Shown: in pieces, positions 48,501-58,700 of the stretch
Numbering within the stretch: position 1 is the stretch's first letter
Layout of the letters: each line of letters begins with the position of its first letter
Assembly (NCBI GenBank): GCA_030141605.1
Contig: JAQGDQ010000056.1
Location: 186,001-250,000, forward strand
Direction of reading: 5' to 3'
DNA length: 64,000 nt
Origin: Tubiluchus corallicola
Lineage: Eukaryota > Animalia > Priapulida
Position numbers and translations under genes: made by a program
The notes under the pieces: generated by a model
Told to the model about the DNA's origin: nothing
The model's database searches: none
The model's input: only the letters and a program-made list of their open reading frames with translations

Positions 48501-49456
48501 CAGCATGTCTCAAATTTCATCCTTACGAATCACTTATAACAGTTGCTGATAAGGATGGTGTATCTACATGGAATTGGGAACATTGTACTAAACAAAACTA
48601 CTTCTACAACAAAAATCCCCGGTTTACACAAATTACAACAATGGAGACATTGAATGGTCATGATGACAGTTTGCTCCTTACTGGCACTGATGATGGATCA
48701 GTAAGAGTCTGGAAGAATTATGCTGCAGAAGATAATCAGAACTTGAAGCTAGTGACTGCATGGCAGGCTTTGTCTGACATGCTGCCATCTAGTGCAAATT
48801 TTGGTGTTCGCAATACAGGATCAGGAATGGTAACAGCCTGGGAACAAGAAACAGGCATGTTGTATGCATCAGGAGATGTCAGGGTTGTCAGGATTTGGGA
48901 CACCCAACGGGAATTGAAAGTCCAGGACATACCCACCCAGGCTAACAGCTGCATTACTAGCCTTGCAGTGGATAGCGCCAATCGTTCACTTTTAGTGGCT
49001 GGTTGCGGAGATGGCTTAGTGCGTTTGTATGACAGGCGATTATCTCCTGCAGAAAGTCTAGTTCTACTGCTTCGTGAGCACAATAGCTGGGTAATTAATG
49101 TCCATGTACAGCAGAGAGGAGATGGAAAGATAATTTCTGGTAGTGTTGGTGGTGACGTAAAAATGTGGGATCCCCGTTTCTCTGAGTCTGTGATGACAAT
49201 TCATACATCTCATGGATTGACTGCTATGGATGTTCATCAATATGCTGACTTGATAGCTTGTGGTTCAGTCAATCAATACATTAGCATCTATAACATGATG
49301 GGTGATTGCTTAAGTACCGTTAAATATCATGAAGGGTTTATGGGGCAACGTATTGGTCCTATAAGCTGCCTGGCTTTTCATCCATATAAGCTGAACTTAG
49401 GAGCCGGATACACCGATTACTTTGTTTCTGTATACACAGCAGAGAAAAAACGATGA
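45587..49456 (+). CDS. RPTOR: Regulatory-associated protein of mTOR (raptor/KOG1), single coding exon, ~1289 aa
   Basis: RNC domain ([53 protein letters not shown]), HEAT repeats ([21 protein letters not shown]), SAPGSP, RTRKMFD, and WD40 C-terminus ([20 protein letters not shown]). ATG at 45587 is preferred over the TTG in the ORF track; a splice acceptor ttttatag ends at 45567. Confidence 0.98.
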   Translation: [1289 protein letters not shown]

Positions 49457-50589
49457 TTACTTGCTGTTCTTATACTAAAATTAGTAAAGCTTTAGGAAAG
49501 CATTAGTAAAGCTGCGGGTTTTCCATTAAGTCTTTGACTTTCTTCAAGGTTTTTCTATTGCTGTTTATCAAAGCCTCTCAGTCAGTGTGTATGCTGAATT
49601 TTTTAGTTATTATTTTTATTCCAAATATCCTCTTGACTAGTAAGGAAACCCAGTTTATTTGAATTTATAGCATTAGAGTCATTTTTGCTATATGTTGTAG
49701 GCCATGTGAGATGTAAATATTTAGCTTTTTTAGATGACACTTTGATCAGTGTTGTCCAAAATGTGGAGCATTTTTTATCTTTAACTTTGAACAACACGTG
49801 GAAAAAAAGCATCACATTGTTATTAATAGAACTGCTATTAGCAGTCTGGCAGGTGCTTTTATATTCCTTACCAATTTCCTTTCTTATTAATAATATTGAC
49901 ATTTTCATTTGAATAATTATGTAATTAATTTTTGTAAAATAGCATGCGTGCGATAATTTTTTATAGATATTATTAAATATATTGCATAAAATTTGTATGG
50001 CTTGTTTAAACTATGAGTAATAAAATGCGAATAATGCTATAAATGTGTGTGGTTGAATTTAAATTTTTATTAATTTTATTATTAGTGAACAGATAATATG
50101 AAATATGCTTAATTATTTTTGATGAAACACCATCTTCTGAGTTTTCATTTTTGTCAGTTTAAAAAAATTATAATCAACAAAACAAATTCTATTTGGGCTG
50201 GAGTGTGGGCTGTGTTTCGAATTTGTGCAAGTTGGTTACATAGTTCCATCATGTAAAAATAAATTTTTAGATAAATTTTTATCTAATATATTTAGATAAA
50301 TATATCTATAGATAGACTTCCAAATGAGACAAAAAACGTACTAGTACAGGTTTTTCGAAAAACTATGAACAGTGAGATCCATGCGAACTCAATAATCACT
50401 TTTTTGCATGTTTTTTTTCTTGTTAATTGCATTACACAGAGTGTTATGTTTCTACAGTTAAACAGTTTACGTATATTCTTCCAACGTGGAACTTTGGTAA
50501 CGAAATTCGTTGGTGTCTATCATGAAAGCACGGCCAAAGATTATTTTGATAAACTACTAGTCTGCGCACGATTTTGGTGCTCCTGAGCC

Positions 50590-50680
50590 TTATGCCACGC
50601 CTCTAACTCCTGCGTCAAAGCGGAGCGAATTTTTATTGGTGATATCTTGACACCTCTGATTGGGATTGGTCCACGTTTCC
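50590..50680 (+). promoter_or_regulatory. Putative CREB3L-gene promoter: three reverse CCAAT boxes and a perfect ERSE-II (ATTGG-T-CCACG, 50665-50675)
   Basis: ATTGG at ~50635, ~50659 and 50665; GCCACG at ~50594; TGCGTCA half-CRE at 50611; CpG-richer than the flanks; lies between the RPTOR 3' UTR and the CREB3L coding exons. Confidence 0.6.
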
Positions 50681-52769
50681 TATACATCATACAGTACTAT
50701 GCAGTATGCACTCATAGTATGTATGCGCTCTGCAGTTACTGTGTAGACTCAACATTCTGGAATCGCCGCTTTCCGTTCATTCCGTGGTGTAGTTCAAGTC
50801 GAGGCGGTTTCGTTAGTTAATAATTATGGTCTGTGAAGAGAAAGCTTTTGAAGTTCTAGTCGAATATTAAACAGACATTTATTCTTTCAAGCGACAGCAT
50901 CATGTTACTGGTGTCTAGTAATGGTTCGTTAATGAGTTGGTTATCAGAGGCTGTTTTAATTGGTTCTACTGTTGAGTGTTACGCAGTAGCGCTAGTGACA
51001 TCAATATTTTGAAGTATCGTATTCGTAGTTTATTGAAGTGTGGCACACGTCGCGAACTGATATTAAATTTAATTTAGCTGCATCAGAAATAGATATTTCA
51101 CGTACTAAGTAAAACATCAGTAAAAGGTATTTCACGTACTAAATTTAATTGCAAACTAGTCAAAGGGCAGCATGACGGGAATGCTTAACTTAGACAGCAC
51201 ACAATTTTAGTGATCAATGGATCTACACAGCAGATTGCTCAAAATACATGTACATGCAATTGTAGTTAATCCTGTTTTAAAGCTGAATAATTATTCTGAA
51301 TATATAATACAGATACCAAATACATTATTCAGTATACTGAAATACACGTACAGTGTGCGCTTGAGGTATCTTTATTTTTGGATGAGTTTCTTATTATATG
51401 GCTATTATTTTAGTTAATAACTGAGAAACTAAAAAAATTGGAAAACAAAGCGTCGTCATAAGCGTGGATGGGTAAAGGACTATAGTTGGGTACTCGGTGA
51501 CCTTGGTTGAGTGATTCAAGGTCAAAGCTCATTTTTTCTGAAAAGGATTTGGAAGCTATGTCCTCCTAGACTTGTAGTAGCAGGTTGCTGTAACTCATGT
51601 AGATGGCAAAGAGTGCAGAGTTTTAGTGTGGGGAACCAAATTAATTTATTTTGGGTACGTGGTTGGGGCTGTGGAGGAACAAATCTCAGTGGGTGGGTTT
51701 ACAAAATATGACCTTTGATAAAAAAGTGGGCAACTACCTAGTGTATGTGTTTGAAAACTTGTGATGAAACAAAATAAACTGTGATAACTAAATGAATTTT
51801 GGGACATGGTGCATGGGGCTGAGTGTGGAGTGAGTGTCAGAAATGTGACCTTAGACTGCAAATGTAATAAGTTATTTGTAAGCATGACGCAAGACAAATC
51901 CAGTACCTATTGTTAAACTAATTTTGCCGACCTGTGGGTGGGTCTAGTGTTGGGGAGGGAGACATATTGTGACTTATGGTGGTGAATACATGTGCAAAGT
52001 ATGTGTTGTTTCACATCATGGGAAAGCATTGATGAAGTTCAATTGAACTGTTATCTTAGAAAAAAATTGGCAATCTGTGGGTAGGGTACGGTGAGGCTGG
52101 TGGTAGGAAACGGTTAAAATCTGCCCTTTTCCAGCCAATGCACAAAATATATTGTGTACCATATTAGATGGGTGCTTGTAAATAAAGCTGTTCAACTGCA
52201 TTAAAAGACTTAAGGTCTTTGGTATCTTAAACGACCTGTAAAGGCCAAAAAAAGACAAAATGGAATTAAAGGTAGTAATGCTTAAAACAGAGTCAGTTTA
52301 AATGTAATCAATGGTGCTGATTTTAACTGGATAGTTTTGTCTGTCATGCACTGTTTAGTTTCTACTGAAACTATTTTTGGTGTGCTAACACAAAATGTTT
52401 TCAAGATAGGTATGTCAATTGGCTTTTGATATCTCTCCAGCAATATTCAACTATTGCACATAGTACATATTATGAGGAGATGAAATCTGTTGAGCTAATA
52501 ATATTATGGCTGGTAATATAGTAATTTTGATGAGTTTAAATTAACAATTAGATTTGTATATTGAAATACCAGGTTTCTGAGGAATTCTGAAACAATGCAA
52601 CTACAATTCACTATTATTCGACTGGGTATATCATAATTATAGTTTGGTTGTGCCAAGCTAGCTAATAATTAATATGTTACAAAACCTGTATAGGTACCGC
52701 TTGTCTGTGTTGAGTGCGCCTCCCACGTGTCGATATGGAGATAAGCATACAGATGTAGCAATTTTCTAA

Positions 52770-55700
52770 ATGGGTACAACTGGTCTAGTGACAATGGACT
52801 ATGATGCCTTATTGAACGTGGAACATAAATATGAGAAAGAAACTGGTATTTTTGATGAGATGGACTTTAGTGACAGTAGTAATGTGAGTTTTATAGTTTG
52901 TGTCATTTTATACGGCTACCATCATATTTTTCTCTCTATTGTCTTCGACTTTTCTTTTCTGCGACTTTACTGCTCCATTCCGTCTCAATCCACATTCATA
53001 TGGGGTGCTCAAAACAAGTAAATACTTTTTGAACACCTTATATGCCATTTGCAGCTTGGCACTTTGACTAGATAATAAATAGAGCTATGCTGGTATGGTT
53101 GCTGTGAGTTTCCATAATAAACAAATAAATAAAAGCAACCATAAAGTAACATTTGGTGACACTTTTACAGCACCCGTTCATGCACAGCAATGATTGGTTA
53201 GATGACATTTTTAATGACTGTGTGGAACAGCCCATTTTGAATGACTGCATGATAACAGAGGCAGTACATGCTCATCCACAGTTTAAATCAGAACACAGTT
53301 ACTCCTTGGATTGTGACAGCATTGTGAACCGGTCACGTGAGCTGGAATTATGCTCTAACAACTTAACAGCAGGTATTTGTGTATAATGCTTACAAGAGCA
53401 AACTTGTTGTCTCATCTTAAAACTTTGGCAGCTATACAAACATGTGACACTAAGAGATTGTTATTCTGTAAGGGCTTTCGCTTAAAGAAATGTGGAGACT
53501 GGCAAGTGGTTCAAATGCCATTTTAAACAATAACTGTGAAAATTGCTTATCTTACTTAGCTATACTATTAGTACATAGTTGCACTTCCAATAGTAAATGT
53601 CATAGAAATAATTTTTATTTTTATTTAATTTTTCACATCAGTATTTAATAATTTATTTTTGTTTGTAGATCTAGATACAGTATCTTTTTTTGTGAAGAAG
53701 ATTGACAACAAAGTGAGGGATGCAGAACAGCAAACCGTCTACATAAAACAAGAACCTGGTAATGAATGTTATCAGATTTCAAATGCTTGTATAAAAGCAC
53801 TTAAAGCAGGGATTTTTGCACTCGTGTCCCACTTGTAGATATTTTATTCTCTGGTTTTCAAGAAAAGAAATCATGTAAAATACAGTCTTACTGAGATTGA
53901 TCACCAAGTTATTACTTCAATACTATTTAGCTGCATTTATTTGCTTATAGTTATTTTACTATTATAGCAGTTCGTAGTGGTTAATCTAGTGTATATTGAG
54001 ACTGAAGTCGCTTCACATCAGTTGAAACTGTTTTGGTGTTTGGTTCTGTTTCTTTATTGTTAGCTAACGTGAGCAACATAGTTGCCATTTATCTAACTAT
54101 TTTGCAAAGTTCTTATCCTTGGTAGGAGATTCTACACCACATCACTAAATTGTTAAATGACAAGATCTGTGAATTTGCTTGTGCAGCTCAAAAAACTGCT
54201 GCTGCTGTTTGCTTTTCACTAGTATTATGTAACCTGTGTATTAGATGCATTAGTGTTGACGGTTAATTGTTTTTTATGCCAGGTCTAGTAATGTATCTTT
54301 ATTTTATAGAAAGCAGTTAAAGAACTCGTAGTGTACTTGTTTTACTAGCTTAGTAAAACTAAAAATTTTAGATTATTGTGTGAATGAGCTTAATGACAAT
54401 TAATTATCTGAGGTGCTGATGCCAGGTCTAGGATAATGGTAGCTTCGGATGTCACAGTAGCTTCTTGAATTGAAAAACTGTAAATTGCTGAGAATTTCTT
54501 TTCTTCTAAGATTAACCTATCTAACAAGTAAAAGTGGTGCTAACTCCACTACTTTTTTGCAAACATATGCTTCAAACTTGTAGATCTTCCCTTTTAAGGT
54601 ATAAAATGAGTTTTGAAACTCATCATAAATTATCTTTATTTTGCAATATTTTATCATTTATTCAGATGAAAAGTTTGGTACAGAAAAGCCACTGTCTACA
54701 ACGTTACTTGTGACCGACGGTACAGACGGCCAGCATTTGTCGGTGCTTCGTCAACCTGTCATTCCGAAAGTGTCCATAAAACTGGAACCTGCAGATACAA
54801 GTTTTTCTCAAGAAATAGGTATTGTATTACTGATTATATTGAGTTCTGCTAGTGCCTAATGAAGCCATGCATTAACTATAAGAACTGCTCAGCCATGCTA
54901 CATTCACCTTGTAGGCTATTTTATTAAATATTTTACGTACTTTTCATTACTTAGTGTCTAATGAACCCGTACATTAATTACAAGAACTGCTCAGCCATGC
55001 TACATTCACCTTGTGGCTATTTTATTAAATATTTTACGTACTTTTCATGTTTCAAAAATACTTAAAAAACTCACACAGTAACTGTAACATTGTTGTGGGT
55101 TCATTATAAACAGAATGAACTTTTTCAGTATTTAGGTGTGCTATACTTCTTTCTCTACTGCTATACTGCTGTGCTCCTTTGGATTCCATAGCCACTTTCC
55201 ATTTAATTTTGCTTGGTGAGATACTATAGCCGCAACCTTTCTGGTCTGTACTCTGCAACAGAGCTATTTGAGCTTAGTGTCATTCCAATAAAATTTATGA
55301 TTGTTATTATAGGCCAACCTATTGATTTTCTTGATTTGGTTATCAATCTGAAAGATATGTGAGACAAAAGTGTGTTAACTATGTCCAAAACACTATAGCA
55401 AGCCACTAAAATAAGTTTTTGAAAGTTGTAATGATGTCCTCCAATCACTCAATTTGATTTTTTAGCATTCTAAACACTTGACATTTTGAAACATAGTTTT
55501 ACTAAAAGCTAAAAAAGTTCATTAATTTTTTAACCATTATAGGAATGACAGTGCCATAATTAGGAAAAGTGAACATCAGTTCTGTTCTGTCGGCACTAAT
55601 CAGCACGTTTAAACATTGTCAAGTATAGGCCACTTAATCTGCATTTCCGTGTGTAAATAATACAGGTAGTAAAACTATCCTCTCTTAACCTCAAAATGCG

Positions 55701-58700
55701 TAAGCAATTTCCCACTCCTATTGCAAAGCAAACACGAATTACACAAACAACTTGTGGCATGAATCTAGTTTTTTCCGTACACATACTGTATGTACAGTCG
55801 TTTGATGTATGCAAGCAATACGCTACTTAAAGAAGCAATGCAGAAAATATTTTTCAAACAGGATTGTGCATTCGTTTTGGATACGCAAATAACCCAAATT
55901 TTTTTAAGCTGTCTTTGGGATTTTGATGAAGCTTCTGACTTGCTTTTGTTGTTAATTTCTGTTTAATAGTTATTTATCTGTTTTGCTTATAATGTCTATT
56001 TTCAGCAGTCTTTGAATTGCCGCCAACTCCACCTAGCAGTTCGGACAGCGAAAGTGGATACAGTCCAAAACCATCATCGTACGCAACTTGTATAAGCAAA
56101 CGCTCGTTGTTTACATCAGAATGTCCAACTGAATTATCAGCTAGTAATAGTCTGACAGATTTGCAAGTATGGCCACATAAATTTAATGATTATTAACAAT
56201 GCAAATCACAAAGCAGGCATGACAGTTATGTTTTTGCTCATTTCTATTCATCTTTTCTTCGACTTCGAGATTGCTAATCAATAAATTGATTGGGGCAAAC
56301 ATTTCAGTACATTGTATGTGTTATGCAAGGAAATAGAAAAGTTTATCAATATTACATGAACATTCATTATTAAATATCAATTTTTCTTGAAAAACCCTTT
56401 GCAATAATATGATAGAAGACAGCTTTTGTAAATAAATAAGTGGCATCCATAATATGAGTACTGTATTGATATTGATTGAAGTGTAGTTAATTTTCTATTT
56501 TCATTAAGGTTCGCATAAAAAAGCATAATTGTAAAAAGACCAATCCATTGAATAATATTGTATTTTCAGAGTCTGCCTGTGTCAGGTCCATTAATTTTGT
56601 CAGAAGAAGAGAAGCGAACTCTTGTCCAAGAAGGATATCCCATTCCAACTCGTTTACCTCTCACAAAAACTGAGGAAAGATCTCTAAAAAAAGTGCGACG
56701 AAAAATCAAAAACAAGGTGCGCAGATTCGTAGAACTATTAGTTATTAACATGCGGTAGGCAAAGTTTTTTACTAATTAAAATTAATTGATTTTAAATCAT
56801 TAATGCCTAGCATGAGTATAATTATTAGACTGGCTGAGGGAAAACCGAGACTGCCCAAAAAGACTTGAAAATTGATCTTTCCAAATCTTGGTTAGCCATC
56901 CTAAAACTACTGGATAACCACCGTGCCATTATCAAAAATAGAATACATATACCACTCAGTTTCGCAAAATTTATTATCTTTAAATAATGTTGTTGGCGCA
57001 ATATTTAATCATGAAAATTTTTGGTTACGTTTCTTAAAATAAAAGTTATTTTACTTTTACATACATGCACTTCATACTATGATTTAGAACATCGTTTTTG
57101 TTTTTTTTGCCATTAGTGAAAGCAACAGTATGTGATGAAAAATATATGTAATATTCGCAGTAGGAACTATACTTTCTGCACTACTTCATTAGTTGTAAAT
57201 GCATTTCTTGTGAAGTCTGCTTTTTTGATAATCTGTTTCTGTGTTGGAAATGTTGTTAATGGAACTTTTTCCCTGTTTCAGGAGTAAGATGGTGATATAT
57301 TCGCTTTGCTCTTATTATTTAACTAATTCCCTCGAGACGAGCATTAAATATAATACTGCTTCATTGATCGTTATACTAATTTGCTTTGCTAGAAAGTGTA
57401 ATAAATGAGATTCATACATTTGTAATGAATATTTAAAAACCTAGTACTCCCTCACCGCAGCTGTGCTATCTCTTTACACCTGTTGACAGATTGCACTTAA
57501 TCATTGATTATTATTATTCAGCCTGCTTAAGAGTGGGCTAATTCAGCAGATTAGTAGCAGCTTGCTAGCCAGTGTAATGTAGATTAGTATTTTTATGTAA
57601 TGCTTGTTTATAAGTTTAAGCAAGCTAGTTGTTTTCTTTAGTTTAGATATGTGGAACCCTTACTATTTGGGATATGTATTTAAGTAAGTCTTTTTACTTC
57701 CATTGTTGCAGCTCTCAGCCCAAGAAAGTCGAAGGAAAAAGAAGGAATATGTTGACAGTTTAGAAAGAAGATGTGAAACCTTCTCTAGTGAAAATATTGC
57801 TTTGAAAAAGCAAGTGCAAACATTGGAAAAAAGTAATAAGTAAGTGAAATTTTTTAAGTAAGGTAATAGGTGTTTGTATTGGTAATTGGCACAAATTTAC
57901 AAAAAGGACCGACATCACTTTACTTTTTGTACAGAATGGTCAAGTAACTACTTTCGAGCCCAGCTGCATCTAGATAAGGGTGCACAGCTTGCATGTATAT
58001 AAAAGATTTAATTATTTTGTCTTACAGTTGTATACTATTTAGTCCAGATTTATGAAAGGTCAACTTAATATAAAACGGGAATTTGATTAAGCTTCCAGGG
58101 ATGGGAGTATGAAACTTGCCAGTTTTAATTACTGTTCTTACATGATAAATTGGCAGGTCTTAAAAATATCAAGTTTATATGTAAAACAACTTTATCATTG
58201 TAGCGTGAGTAGAAAAAAATGTGGCTAATATACTTTACAGAGGACATACATCTCGCATTATATTGGGTGATGCAGGAAAATTGTCCCAAAGTGTGACATT
58301 TTTTCTGTCCGCCAGGTATATTATTATCGCTGATATAATCGACTGTGATGCCTTTAAATAAAATTTATTTGACAATAAAAACAACCTAATCATTCATAAC
58401 ACTGAATACCTAGACAAAGTCAGCCCCGACACAAATTTCTTTAACAGCATGAACCTTCCAAATGGTAGTAAATATTATGATATCGAGCAATTCAGTTCAA
58501 TGTTTCGTAATAATTACAGTATGCCAGACAACAACCCTTTATCAATCATACATTTAAATACCAGAAGTATAAGTTCAAGTTTTGATCATTTTCTCGCCTG
58601 CCTAGAGATGTTAAGCACAAATTTTTCCATAATTACCCTGTCTCAAACTGGTTTATGGATAACACTGATTCCTCGATTAACTTACCTGGTTATAAGTCTT

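Noticed and set aside
46548-49083. Minus-strand ORFs (123, 67, 68 and 115 aa) inside RPTOR
   Set aside because: Antisense shadow frames with no recognisable motifs and no ATG/splice support.
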